From the NCBI GenBank assembly GCA_947259505.1, contig CAMYLT010000002.1, positions 328,598 to 392,597 on the forward strand: a stretch of 64,000 bases of DNA, read 5' to 3'. Position numbers and translations under genes: made by a program. Of the stretch, positions 45,057-54,557 are shown in pieces (position 1 is the stretch's first letter; each line of letters starts with the position of its first letter). The notes under the pieces are model-generated. The model worked only from the letters and a program-made list of their open reading frames with translations. It was not told the origin of the DNA and searched no databases. The DNA is from an uncultured Porticoccus sp. (GTDB lineage: Bacteria > Pseudomonadota > Gammaproteobacteria > Pseudomonadales > Porticoccaceae).

Positions 45057-45905
45057 ATGGCTTACAGCTGGTCAGAAACGGAAGTCGAAGCGGCGGTTGA
45101 AGACTACTTCAACATGCTCCGCTTGGAACTAACTGGAAGAAAATACAACAAGGCAAAACATCGCCGGGCACTGATGGAGCGCCTCAATGGCCGCTCGGAT
45201 GGGTCGGTTGAATTGAAGCACCAAAATATCAGCGCAGTAATGATCGAAATGGGCATTCCCTACATTGATGGCTACAAGCCCCGCTCAAATTACCAACGCA
45301 CACTATTGCCAAAAATGGTGGCTAATTACCTAACCAACAATCCTGAACTTCAAACCTTATTTCAACAGGATTCAGACGTGGTGCCATCCATTCCATCGGT
45401 CATGGACTTTTTGGCAGCGTTTGAGGATCCACCCAATAGTGAAGAAAAAAGGACTCCGGTAACAGCTGAGCCACAAGCAATCTACAACCCAGCCGGTGTG
45501 AATTACCTCGAACGGGAAGCCCAGAACCATTTCCTTGGTGATGCAGGGGAAGAGTTCGTCATAAATTACGAAAAAGCTAGGCTCATCTACGCAGGGAAAA
45601 CAGCACTTGCTGATCGTATTGAGCAAATTTCCTTCACGATCGGTCCGTCCGCAGGCTTCGACATCCTTTCGTTTGAGAAAAATGGAACAGATCGCTTTAT
45701 CGAGGCGAAGACAACTAAATATGGCAAGAACACACCGTTCTTCGTTACACCCAACGAACTGGAGTTTTCACGAAAGAATTCAGATCGTTACTTTTTGTAT
45801 CGAGTGTTCAAGTTTCGTGCAGATCCCCGCATGTATACCTTGCATGGACACCTACAGGACCAGTGCAAATTAAAGCCTTCGCAATTCTTAGCAAGCCCGG
45901 TATGA
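45057..45905 (+). CDS. DUF3883-type (restriction-endonuclease-like fold) protein with an N-terminal YSWSE...NISAV domain
   Basis: The C-terminal block GFDILSFEKNGTDRFIEAKTTK...FFVTPNELEF...YFLYRVF fits the D..(D/E)xK-like DUF3883 / NO VEIN C-terminal pattern. Confidence 0.6.
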   Translation: MAYSWSETEVEAAVEDYFNMLRLELTGRKYNKAKHRRALMERLNGRSDGSVELKHQNISAVMIEMGIPYIDGYKPRSNYQRTLLPKMVANYLTNNPELQTLFQQDSDVVPSIPSVMDFLAAFEDPPNSEEKRTPVTAEPQAIYNPAGVNYLEREAQNHFLGDAGEEFVINYEKARLIYAGKTALADRIEQISFTIGPSAGFDILSFEKNGTDRFIEAKTTKYGKNTPFFVTPNELEFSRKNSDRYFLYRVFKFRADPRMYTLHGHLQDQCKLKPSQFLASPV

Positions 45906-46092
45906 AACCTAATAAAAGCGATAGATTAATCGTGGAATTTTAATTTGGCGACAAGGGAAGGTTTGACTCTCCGCAAGCGGCTCTGGTCTTGTAAGAGCGG
46001 CACCCCACCGTCGCAGGCTCCGGCGCTCAAAACAGCTTGCGCCGTTTTGTCGAACCGGGATACGTTATATCCATTGCACTTATTTAAGCCAT

Positions 46093-46125
46093 AAAAAAAA
46101 CCCGGCATTGAGCCGGGCTTTTTAT
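46093..46125 (-). terminator. Rho-independent terminator downstream of tRNA-Ser
   Basis: cccggc-attga-gccggg hairpin, with a T8 run on the minus strand directly after the tRNA 3' end. Confidence 0.7.
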
Positions 46126-46128
46126 AAA

Positions 46129-46216
46129 TGGCGGTGAGGGAGGGATTCGAACCCTCGATACGTTTCCGTATACACACTTTCCAGGCGTGCTCCTTCGGCC
46201 ACTCGGACACCTCACC
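46129..46216 (-). tRNA. tRNA-Ser (anticodon GGA)
   Basis: Hand fold: acceptor GGTGAGG/CCTCACC, anticodon loop cuGGAaa, long variable arm atacg-gaaa-cgtat, T-loop GGTTCGAAT, encoded CCA. Confidence 0.9.
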
Positions 46217-46417
46217 GTGTATAAACTTTCACTTGTATTTCACCTTTGGGGCAGCACGCCTGTGTGCTCGTTACTTGGGGCAAACCCCTCGCCCTGCAGG
46301 TCGCCGTCACAAGTTCCGGCGCTCTCTGCGGCAAAGCCTCGGAGTCTGACACCCCGGCACTTCAGCGCTTATTTTGAGGGGCGCAACTGTACACAAGCAC
46401 CCTCAAAAAAGCAATTC

Positions 46418-46975
46418 TCAAGGCCAGCTTTGAAAGTACTCTGAAACAGCGGCTTCCGGTGCGGGTGGCGGCATAAAATCCATGGTTCCCAGATAGAGAA
46501 AACCAACGATTTTCTCTGCTTCCTGTAATCCGAGACCTGCCATCACTACTTTATCGTAAGCGTAATCACCTGTACGCCAGATCGCGCCAACATTCTGTGC
46601 ATAGGCAGCGGTAATCATGTTCTGCACCGCAGCGCCGGTAGAGATCACTTGTTCAATTTCAGGTACTTTTTGGTTCGATTTAGGACTCGCGATTGCCACA
46701 ACCACCATTGGCGCTCGCAAGGGTCTGGCCAGGGCACGCTCCCGCTCTTTGTCACTCAGGGCGCCATTTTTGGTTTCTTCGGCACGGACAAATAGCTCTC
46801 CCAGTGCATTCAGGCCCTCGCCCTCCAACACCAGGAAGCGCCAAGGGCGCATGCGGCCATGGTCCGCTGCGCGGAAAGCGGCTTTCTGGATATTGGCCAA
46901 CACATCGCCGGAAGGTGGTGGCGCAGATAATCTCGGTGCCGAGACCCGCTCGTGCAATGCTTTAAGTGCATCCAT
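46418..46975 (-). CDS. NAD(P)H nitroreductase family protein (YdjA-like)
   Basis: 185 aa, with RAADHGRMRPWRF and the nitroreductase-fold pattern. Confidence 0.8.
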   Translation of the reverse strand: MDALKALHERVSAPRLSAPPPSGDVLANIQKAAFRAADHGRMRPWRFLVLEGEGLNALGELFVRAEETKNGALSDKERERALARPLRAPMVVVAIASPKSNQKVPEIEQVISTGAAVQNMITAAYAQNVGAIWRTGDYAYDKVVMAGLGLQEAEKIVGFLYLGTMDFMPPPAPEAAVSEYFQSWP

Positions 46976-47075
46976 CTGTGAACCCTTGTTTGAGGCTGGC
47001 TTGAATAACGTCTGCCACGCCGGGGATCATGGACATTTAGCGCCAGACATCGTGTAATTAGCGGCACTGATCGAC

Positions 47076-48476
47076 ATGCCGGGGGCAATATCTTACAGGA
47101 TGAATGCTGAGAGTTCGAAAGAGACCGCAAGGTTTTTACATTATCAAGGGCTGTTTCGCTTTCTCACTGGTTTTGCTGGTATTGCATCACTGGCGGTCAA
47201 TTATCGGGAATTAAGCCATGATCTGAACAAAGCAGTGCCGCTGTTGATGGTGGTGGTATACATCGCCCTCGCCCCGGTTATTTTGCAACGCATCAGCCAA
47301 CCGACAAAAGCCCGTGCCTGCCAATTGTTGGCCCTGATAGACGCCCTGCTGCTAGGTTGTTTGATAGCCCTACTGCACCTTAGCCCACTGCCCTCTTTGC
47401 TGTTCTTTCTGGCGCTACAATTCAATGCCCTTGCCATTGGTGGTTGGCGAAAATTAATCGCCGACGATGTTGCGCTGTTTATCGGATTACTGGCAGTGGT
47501 GTTGGCCTATTCGTTTCCCTGGACGATGGAGGTAGACCTTTTTACCAGTCTGCCCCCCATGATCGCTCTCGGTCTATATACCTGCATTTATGGACGCAAT
47601 ACCTCGACTGAAATACTCAGCGATGGCAAAAAAATCAAGGAACTGGAAAGGCAGCAGATTCAGCTCAAACTGCGCAACTATCGGCTGTCAAAATATTTAT
47701 CGCCCACCCTATTGAAAGCCATCCAGTCAGGCAAAGACGTCAAGCTGGAAACACACCGCCGCAAGCTGACTATATTTTTCTCTGACATTAAGGGCTTTAG
47801 CGAATTAGCTGAAGAGATGGAAGGTCAGCCACTGACCAACCTGCTCAACAATTACCTGACGGAAATGTCCCAAATTGCCATCAAGCATGGAGGGACCATC
47901 GACAAGTTCATTGGTGACGCGGTAATGGTCTTTTTTGGCGACCCCAGCACCAAGGGCGTTAAAGAAGATTGTGTCGCGGCCGTCTCCATGGCCATTGCCA
48001 TGAAAAAACACATGAAAGAGTTGCAGCAGCGATGGGTTAGTCAGGGCATTCAGAAGCCGCTGGAAATTCGCATGGGCATCAATACCGGTTACTGTGCGGT
48101 GGGCAACTTTGGCACAGAGGACCGACTCGACTACACGCTGCTCGGCACTGAAGTCAATCTGGCTAGCCGCCTGGAATCTGCTGCCCAGCCCGGTGAAATT
48201 CTCATCTCACACGAAACCTATTCGCTGGTGAAGGAATTGATTCTTTGCGAGGATCGGGGTGACATTCAGATTAAGGGCTTTCAGCACCCCGTGAAGGCCT
48301 ATGCCGCCATTGATTTACGTAGAAACCTGGGCGGTGCGCACCAGTACTTCGAGCACATCACTGACGGATTTTCCTTCTACATGGATACCGACCGCATCCG
48401 CAATTATGATCAGGACAAGATTCTCCAGTCGCTGATTGATGCAGCCAATCACCTGCAAAGCCGGAAGAAAAAATAG
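47076..48476 (+). CDS. Membrane-anchored class III adenylate/guanylate cyclase
   Basis: About 5-6 N-terminal TM helices, a coiled linker, and a cyclase homology domain (LTIFFSDIKGFS, FIGDAVMVFFG, LGTEVNLASRLE). Confidence 0.85.
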   Translation: MPGAISYRMNAESSKETARFLHYQGLFRFLTGFAGIASLAVNYRELSHDLNKAVPLLMVVVYIALAPVILQRISQPTKARACQLLALIDALLLGCLIALLHLSPLPSLLFFLALQFNALAIGGWRKLIADDVALFIGLLAVVLAYSFPWTMEVDLFTSLPPMIALGLYTCIYGRNTSTEILSDGKKIKELERQQIQLKLRNYRLSKYLSPTLLKAIQSGKDVKLETHRRKLTIFFSDIKGFSELAEEMEGQPLTNLLNNYLTEMSQIAIKHGGTIDKFIGDAVMVFFGDPSTKGVKEDCVAAVSMAIAMKKHMKELQQRWVSQGIQKPLEIRMGINTGYCAVGNFGTEDRLDYTLLGTEVNLASRLESAAQPGEILISHETYSLVKELILCEDRGDIQIKGFQHPVKAYAAIDLRRNLGGAHQYFEHITDGFSFYMDTDRIRNYDQDKILQSLIDAANHLQSRKKK

Positions 48477-48525
48477 CACCTGCGGCTTTACCCGATGAGC
48501 AGCCCTATCCTTCCACCGACGAAAC

Positions 48526-49344
48526 TTACTGTCGGGACATCCTTAGCCGCGGCGCTTCGGTATTGCTGGAACTGCGATAGGGGTTGATATCCAGGCCACC
48601 ACGCCGGGTGTACCGGGCGTAGACTTCCAGATGTTCCGGTGCACAGAGTTCACTGATCTCGGTGAAAATCCGCTCCACACACTGCTCATGAAAATCCTGG
48701 TGGTTGCGGAAAGAGATCAAGTAACGGAGCAATCCCTCCCGATCTATTGGCCAGCCGGTATAGCGAATCAGGATACTTGCCCAGTCCGGCTGCCCGGTGA
48801 CCGGGCAGTTGGTTTTCAGCAGGTGACTGTAGAGAGACTCGGTTACCACCGTCTCCCGGCTCGCAAATCCCAGCAAGCTGGCATCCGGCAGGTAGGTATC
48901 CACCTCGATGGGCAAGTCGTCCAGGCATATGCCGTGAAATGTGCCGATACCACGGTGGCGGAAACTGTCTGCCATATGGATACCCACCTGCACGGGGCCC
49001 ACCACGCACTTGGCAATATCCTCCTCCAGCAGTGCCGAGATATCCTGAGCAGAACGATAGCGTTCCTGATTGAGAGAGTTCAGATACAGCTTGAGGGATT
49101 TGGACTCAACCAAATTGACGGTATCGCAAGGCATGGAAATTTCCGCCACTGCGACCACAGGCTTGCCCCTCATATCCAGCCAGGACAACTCATAGCCCGT
49201 CCACAGGTCAAAGCCAAAGAATTTCGGCTCGCCGGAGATACCCAACACCTGACGCCCTTCGCTACGAGGAATGGCGTGCAGTACTTCCGGGCTATAGCGC
49301 GATGGGTACTCGGTAACAGCGCCCAGCAATAGGGATTTATCCAC
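48526..49344 (-). CDS. queF: NADPH-dependent 7-cyano-7-deazaguanine reductase (two-domain type)
   Basis: ESKSLKLYLNS, HLLKTNCPVTGQPDW, HEQCVERIF and YTRRGGLDINPYR parallel E. coli QueF. GTG start behind GAGGTG. Confidence 0.9.
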   Translation of the reverse strand: MDKSLLLGAVTEYPSRYSPEVLHAIPRSEGRQVLGISGEPKFFGFDLWTGYELSWLDMRGKPVVAVAEISMPCDTVNLVESKSLKLYLNSLNQERYRSAQDISALLEEDIAKCVVGPVQVGIHMADSFRHRGIGTFHGICLDDLPIEVDTYLPDASLLGFASRETVVTESLYSHLLKTNCPVTGQPDWASILIRYTGWPIDREGLLRYLISFRNHQDFHEQCVERIFTEISELCAPEHLEVYARYTRRGGLDINPYRSSSNTEAPRLRMSRQ

Positions 49345-49360
49345 CTCAGTTCACCTCAAC

Positions 49361-50134
49361 TCAACTGCGCAGCTTCTTGCCGCGCTCCAACAGGTACAGC
49401 GAATAGACAAACAGTGCCACACAAAACGCAATCACGATCACGAAGGCCCACACCACATCAATATCAGACACACCGAGAAGACCATAGCGAAAGGCATTCA
49501 CCATATACAGCACTGGATTAGCTTGAGACACACCCTGCCAAAAGGCTGGCAGCATGCTAATAGAGTAGAACACACCGCCCAGGTAGGTGAGCGGCGTCAA
49601 CACAAAGGTCGGGATAATAGAGATATCGTCAAAACTGCTGGCGTAAACAGCGTTGATAAATCCTGCCAGCGAAAACAGCACTGCGGTGAGAAACACAATG
49701 GCCACCGTGACCCCCATATGGCTTACCTGAAGATGGGTAAAGAACAGTGACAGTAATGTCACGATCACCCCCACCGCCAGACCACGGGCCACACCACCGA
49801 TGATGTAGCCAACCAAAATGACATAATTGGGCACCGGGGAAACCAGCAACTCCTCAATACTGCGCTGGAACTTGGTGCCAAAAAACGAGGACACCACATT
49901 GGCATAAGAGTTGGTGATCACCGACATCATGATCAAGCCGGGCACCACAAATTCGATATAGCTGAATCCGGACATCTCACCAATGCGCGGGCCGATCAAC
50001 CGACCAAAGATGACAAAATACAGCGCGATGGTAATCGCCGGCGGCAGCAGGGTTTGTTGCCAGATCCGCATAAAACGACGAATTTCTTTTACCACGATGG
50101 TGCAAAATGCCACCCATTGCTGCTGAGCATTCAT
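49361..50134 (-). CDS. yadH: ABC-2 type transporter permease
   Basis: Six-TM ABC-2 permease pattern, overlapping yadG by 4 nt. Confidence 0.8.
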   Translation of the reverse strand: MNAQQQWVAFCTIVVKEIRRFMRIWQQTLLPPAITIALYFVIFGRLIGPRIGEMSGFSYIEFVVPGLIMMSVITNSYANVVSSFFGTKFQRSIEELLVSPVPNYVILVGYIIGGVARGLAVGVIVTLLSLFFTHLQVSHMGVTVAIVFLTAVLFSLAGFINAVYASSFDDISIIPTFVLTPLTYLGGVFYSISMLPAFWQGVSQANPVLYMVNAFRYGLLGVSDIDVVWAFVIVIAFCVALFVYSLYLLERGKKLRS

Positions 50135-51072
50135 ACTTGCATCTCCTCACCATTTTCGCTGTGAGGTTCCACTAGGGACACAAACAGCTCCTCCAGGCGG
50201 TTGGCCTTGTTCCGCATACTGAGCACATGGATGCCCCGCTCACTAAGGCTGGCAAACAGTTCGTTCAGGGATTGGTGTTTTTCCACCGCCACCTCAAAGC
50301 TGTGGTCATCGATCAGCTGCCCGGGATAACCCTCAATGGCCGGAAATTCTTTCAGCACCTCCCGGGTATCCATAATGAACACCTCCTTGTTCAATTGCCG
50401 CAGCAATTCCTTTACCGAGGTATTCTGGATGATATGGCCACGATCAATAATCGCCACATTGCGGCACAGGCTTTCCGCCTCTTCCAGGTAATGGGTGGTG
50501 AGGATAATGGTGGTTCCTCGAGCATTGATCTCTTTCAGGAACTGCCACATGGAACGACGCAATTCAATGTCCACGCCCGCCGTTGGCTCATCAAGAATCA
50601 GTAACCTCGGCTCATGGACCAGTGCTCGGGCAATCATCAGGCGGCGCTTCATCCCACCGGACAACGTCCGTGAGCGCTGCTCCCGCTTATCCCACAACCC
50701 CAGTTGCCTGAGGTATTTTTCAGTGCGCTGTGCCGCCAGTTTTGCTGGCAAGCCATAGTAACCCGCCTGGGTTTTGACGATATCAAACACCTTTTCAAAC
50801 TGGTTGAAATTGAATTCCTGCGGCACCACACCGATGTTCTGTTTGGCCAGGGAAAAGTTTTCATCGATATCGGTGCCAAAAACGGATACCTGCCCACTGG
50901 TCTTCTTCACCAGAGAGCAGATCACCCCAATAGTGGTGGACTTGCCCGCTCCGTTGGGGCCGAGCACGGCAAAAAAGTCGCCGGGCTGGACATCCAGGCT
51001 GATGCCTTTCAGCGCTTCAAAACCGTTGTCGTACTGCTTATGCAGATTGCTAATGGATAGTGCGGCGGTCAT
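50131..51072 (-). CDS. yadG: ABC transporter ATP-binding protein
   Basis: Near-colinear with remembered E. coli YadG (GPNGAGKSTTIG, LSGGMKRRLMIARAL, LILDEPTAGVDIELRRSMW, SMRNKANRLEELFVSLV). Confidence 0.9.
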   Translation of the reverse strand: MTAALSISNLHKQYDNGFEALKGISLDVQPGDFFAVLGPNGAGKSTTIGVICSLVKKTSGQVSVFGTDIDENFSLAKQNIGVVPQEFNFNQFEKVFDIVKTQAGYYGLPAKLAAQRTEKYLRQLGLWDKREQRSRTLSGGMKRRLMIARALVHEPRLLILDEPTAGVDIELRRSMWQFLKEINARGTTIILTTHYLEEAESLCRNVAIIDRGHIIQNTSVKELLRQLNKEVFIMDTREVLKEFPAIEGYPGQLIDDHSFEVAVEKHQSLNELFASLSERGIHVLSMRNKANRLEELFVSLVEPHSENGEEMQV

Positions 51073-51204
51073 AACATCTCAACTTATCGTATTCTGGAGC
51101 TTGTCGTCAGATGCCAGGGATGGGTAATGGCTGGTATGTTTCGGATCTGGGTGACAAGGAGGCTGCTAGTCTAAATGACTTTGCAAGAATTTGCGGGGAC
51201 AAAA

Positions 51205-51238
51205 CCAAAAAAGCGCAGGCCACGAATGACACTGCGCT
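51205..51238 (-). terminator. Rho-independent terminator after the tRNA-Glu/tRNA-Gly pair
   Basis: Minus-strand hairpin agcgcag/ctgcgct followed by a T-run. Confidence 0.6.
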
Positions 51239-51244
51239 TGAATT

Positions 51245-51320
51245 TGGAGCGGGAAACCGGGTTCGAACCGGCGACCTCAACCTTGGCAAGGTTGCGCTCT
51301 ACCAACTGAGCTATTCCCGC
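51245..51320 (-). tRNA. tRNA-Gly (anticodon GCC)
   Basis: Hand fold: GCGGGAA acceptor, anticodon loop uuGCCaa, T-loop GGTTCGAAC, CCA. Confidence 0.9.
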
Positions 51321-51348
51321 ATTTTTCACCACGAAGGGCGATAAAAAT

Positions 51349-51424
51349 TGGCGTCCCGTAGGGGAGTCGAACCCCTGTTACCGCCGTGAAAGGGCGGTGT
51401 CCTAGGCCTCTAGACGAACGGGAC
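51349..51424 (-). tRNA. tRNA-Glu (anticodon UUC)
   Basis: Hand fold: GTCCCGT acceptor, anticodon loop cuUUCac, T-loop GGTTCGACT, CCA. Confidence 0.9.
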
Positions 51425-51566
51425 AATTGCTTCTCATCAAGAGAGGCGCGCATTCTATGAAGCCGAATCTGCCCTGTCAACCCTGCATTTGTTTTTTCTA
51501 ACGTCTCACAAAGCAGAACGGCACCACAATAAAAGAGACTCCGTTTCTGCACATTGAATAAAAGGC

Positions 51567-51965
51567 TCAGACTTTCTTTTTCAGGGTTAGAGAGGCTGAA
51601 TTGACACAATAACGCAGGCCCGTAGGTGCCGGGCCATCTTCAAACACATGGCCAAGGTGGCAGCCACAGTGAGCACAGGTGATTTCGGTACGAATCATCC
51701 CGTGACTGACATCGGGATGTTCGGCGATATCACCCTCAGACAACCCCTGATAAAAGCTCGGCCAACCACAACCAGCATCGTATTTACTGGCTGCATCAAA
51801 CAACGGGTGACCACAGCACTTGCAAGCGTAAGTGCCGTCGGCCTTTTCATGGCAATACTCACCGGTAAACGGTCGCTCCGTACCTTTTTCACGGCAAATC
51901 CGATATTCCTCGGGGCTTAGTTTGGCTCGCCACTGCGCTTCATCATCCTTTTGGCTATCCGCCAT
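51567..51965 (-). CDS. msrB: Peptide-methionine (R)-S-oxide reductase
   Basis: 132 aa with two CxxC zinc motifs (CKCCG, CAHCG) and catalytic RYCVNS. Confidence 0.9.
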   Translation of the reverse strand: MADSQKDDEAQWRAKLSPEEYRICREKGTERPFTGEYCHEKADGTYACKCCGHPLFDAASKYDAGCGWPSFYQGLSEGDIAEHPDVSHGMIRTEITCAHCGCHLGHVFEDGPAPTGLRYCVNSASLTLKKKV

Positions 51966-52054
51966 GTTGCCACCTCACAGATTGCTTAGTTATGACAGGG
52001 TTTTGATATACAATGAGTTTTTTCTCAGGGTTTGACAACCAACAACGGCAATTT

Positions 52055-53311
52055 ATGCAACATATCAAGAAATCCGACAAACTGGATAACGTCTGCTACG
52101 ACATTCGCGGGCCGGTGCTCGACCACGCCAACCGGCTGGAAGAAGAGGGCCTGCGCATCCTCAAGCTGAATATCGGCAACCCGGCACCTTTTGGTCTGGA
52201 AGCCCCCGACGAAATCATTCACGACGTGATTCATAACTTGGCCAATGCCCAGGGGTATTGCCACGCCAAGGGGCTTTACAGTGCCCGCAAGGCGGTGATG
52301 CAGCGCTGCCAGATTATGGGTATTCCCAACGTTGAAATTGATGATGTGTTTCTCGGCAACGGTGTCAGTGAACTGATTGTCATGGCCATGCAAGCGTTGC
52401 TGAATAATGGCGACGAAATTCTGGTACCAGCTCCCGACTACCCTCTGTGGACCGCCGCGGTCACCCTCGCAGGGGGCAAAGCCGTGCACTATCTGTGCGA
52501 CGAGGCCAACGAATGGCAGCCGAACATTGAAGATATCGCCCGAAAAATCACCCCGAAAACCCGCGGTATTGTGGTGATCAACCCCAACAACCCGACGGGG
52601 GCTGTCTACAGCGAAGACGTTCTGAAACAGGTTGTTGAGCTGGCCCGCAAGCATGACCTGATTATTTACGCCGACGAAATCTACGACCGGATTCTCTACG
52701 ATGACGCAGTGCATATTCCACTGGGCAGTCTGGCTACTGACGTGCTCTGCATCACCTTTAACGGGCTGTCTAAAACCTACCGGCTGGCTGGTTTCCGCTC
52801 CGGCTGGCTGATTGTCAGTGGCGCCAAGCACCGCGCCCGCAGTTATATTCAGGGTATTGAAATGCTGGCCTCCATGCGCCTGTGCGCCAATGTGCCGGCC
52901 ATGTACGCTATCCAGACCGCACTGGGAGGCTACCAAAGCATTAAGGATCTGGTCGTACCTGGCGGGCGGCTTTACCAGCAACGGGAAAAAGCCTGGTCGC
53001 TACTGAGTGCCATTCCCGGTGTCAGCTGCGTCAAGCCAAAAGCAGCGATGTACCTGTTTCCACGCCTCGACCCGGAGATCTACCCCATTGAGGACGACGA
53101 ACAACTGGTGCTGGATTTGTTACTGGAAGAACGGATTCTGCTGGTACAGGGCACCGCATTTAACTGGCCCGATCCGGATCACTTCCGCATTGTGTTCCTG
53201 CCCCGGGAGGACGATCTGGAAGAAGCCATCAATCGGCTCGCTCGCTTTCTGGAAAAATACCGTCTCAGCCATCCGGTGACCAAGCCGAAACTGACTCAGG
53301 TCGCGCCGTAA
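52055..53311 (+). CDS. alaA: Glutamate-pyruvate aminotransferase
   Basis: Near-colinear with remembered E. coli AlaA (KLDNVCYDIRGPV, LNIGNPAPFG, NPNNPTGAVY, SKTYRLAGFR, LLVQGTAFNWP). Confidence 0.9.
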   Translation: MQHIKKSDKLDNVCYDIRGPVLDHANRLEEEGLRILKLNIGNPAPFGLEAPDEIIHDVIHNLANAQGYCHAKGLYSARKAVMQRCQIMGIPNVEIDDVFLGNGVSELIVMAMQALLNNGDEILVPAPDYPLWTAAVTLAGGKAVHYLCDEANEWQPNIEDIARKITPKTRGIVVINPNNPTGAVYSEDVLKQVVELARKHDLIIYADEIYDRILYDDAVHIPLGSLATDVLCITFNGLSKTYRLAGFRSGWLIVSGAKHRARSYIQGIEMLASMRLCANVPAMYAIQTALGGYQSIKDLVVPGGRLYQQREKAWSLLSAIPGVSCVKPKAAMYLFPRLDPEIYPIEDDEQLVLDLLLEERILLVQGTAFNWPDPDHFRIVFLPREDDLEEAINRLARFLEKYRLSHPVTKPKLTQVAP

Positions 53312-54468
53312 CTGGTCGAGTAGATACCGTGACCTACCGGATAAAGGATACGGTCACGGTAACCGGTCAATACCGGGATATAGCCCGCCAGTGCTTCATC
53401 GAGCTGCGGATCGTTACTGTCCACCAGTAACGGTCTGCCGCTGAGATCGGTGATCTTGGTCTTGGTCGCCACCACGATAAGATTATCTCGCCCGACCCGA
53501 TTGAGAATACTGGGGGTCAGTTGCTGATTGCCCCGCCCAAGCAATATGCCCTGCCCGCCGATGGGGGTAATAACAATTTTTACAGCACCTTGATGCTCTT
53601 CAAGTGTCCGTTCAATACCTGAGGCCGCCACATCGGAAGCCAATAGTTGCCGGTTCCGTATCAGGTCCACCCCCAGCAAAGTGTTATCAAGCCCCATTAC
53701 CTCCATCAATCCCGCTGTGGTGGAGCCAGGACCGATGATATAGAGACAGTCATCCTCCATTTCTTCGAGAAGCGTTTCAGCGATATCCTGCAGCACCAGC
53801 TCTTCTACCTCCCGGCCACCAGATTTCACCTGCTGCACAAACTGCCCCGCCTGTGGCACGAGCAACTCCCCGTAATAGCGAGATGTTACCTTGCCCCGAC
53901 GGAGTGCCTCTTCATCGATATCCCGCACTTCCTGCAAACGGATATCAACCAGGTTTCCGCGAATCAACTGAACAATGAGTTCTCCTGCCGCTTCCGGCGT
54001 AACCGCGTAAACCCCGGACTGCATTTTCACCCCCGCTGGCACACCCAGCACAGGCTGACTTGCTGGCACGGCATTGCAGATATTGCGGGCAGTTCCGTCC
54101 CCACCGACAAACAACAACAGGTCGACACCCTGATCAACCATCGCCCTAGCGGCCTGTTCGGTATCCTCAGGTGTGGTTTGCCCGGTGTGTTGCTCACCAA
54201 CTAGTCGGGGACTAAAGCCACAATCCCTGGCAACGTCTTCACCCATACTCCCGATACCTGTCACCAGGGCAATACTGCTGTTGTCGAACGTTTTGGCCAC
54301 CCACTGCAACGCTCTCTGCGCCCGATCCGATGCGCGCAGCTCACTGCCGCGCCTCAGCGCCTCTGCAGCGGTATCGGCTCCATCGCTACCCTTGAGGCCG
54401 GCGGGTCCGCCAACACCAGCCAGAGGATTAATAATCAAGCCCAGTCTAAACACACACCACTCCATCAA
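53296..54468 (-). CDS. ATP-NAD kinase family protein
   Basis: LLFVGGDGTARN motif and two-domain NAD-kinase-like layout. Convergent 16-nt overlap with alaA. Confidence 0.7.
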   Translation of the reverse strand: MMEWCVFRLGLIINPLAGVGGPAGLKGSDGADTAAEALRRGSELRASDRAQRALQWVAKTFDNSSIALVTGIGSMGEDVARDCGFSPRLVGEQHTGQTTPEDTEQAARAMVDQGVDLLLFVGGDGTARNICNAVPASQPVLGVPAGVKMQSGVYAVTPEAAGELIVQLIRGNLVDIRLQEVRDIDEEALRRGKVTSRYYGELLVPQAGQFVQQVKSGGREVEELVLQDIAETLLEEMEDDCLYIIGPGSTTAGLMEVMGLDNTLLGVDLIRNRQLLASDVAASGIERTLEEHQGAVKIVITPIGGQGILLGRGNQQLTPSILNRVGRDNLIVVATKTKITDLSGRPLLVDSNDPQLDEALAGYIPVLTGYRDRILYPVGHGIYSTSYGAT

Positions 54469-54557
54469 TCAGGCAAAAATTTTACGCTGAGACTTGCCCT
54501 AACGGTCAATCATGGTATGTTCAGGGAAAATAAACATAACCACTAGCAATAAAGATT

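Noticed and set aside
44400-46216. Calling the tRNA-Ser islet an integrative mobile element
   Set aside because: There is no integrase, recombinase or transposase. I could not find a direct repeat of the tRNA 3' end at the distal boundary.
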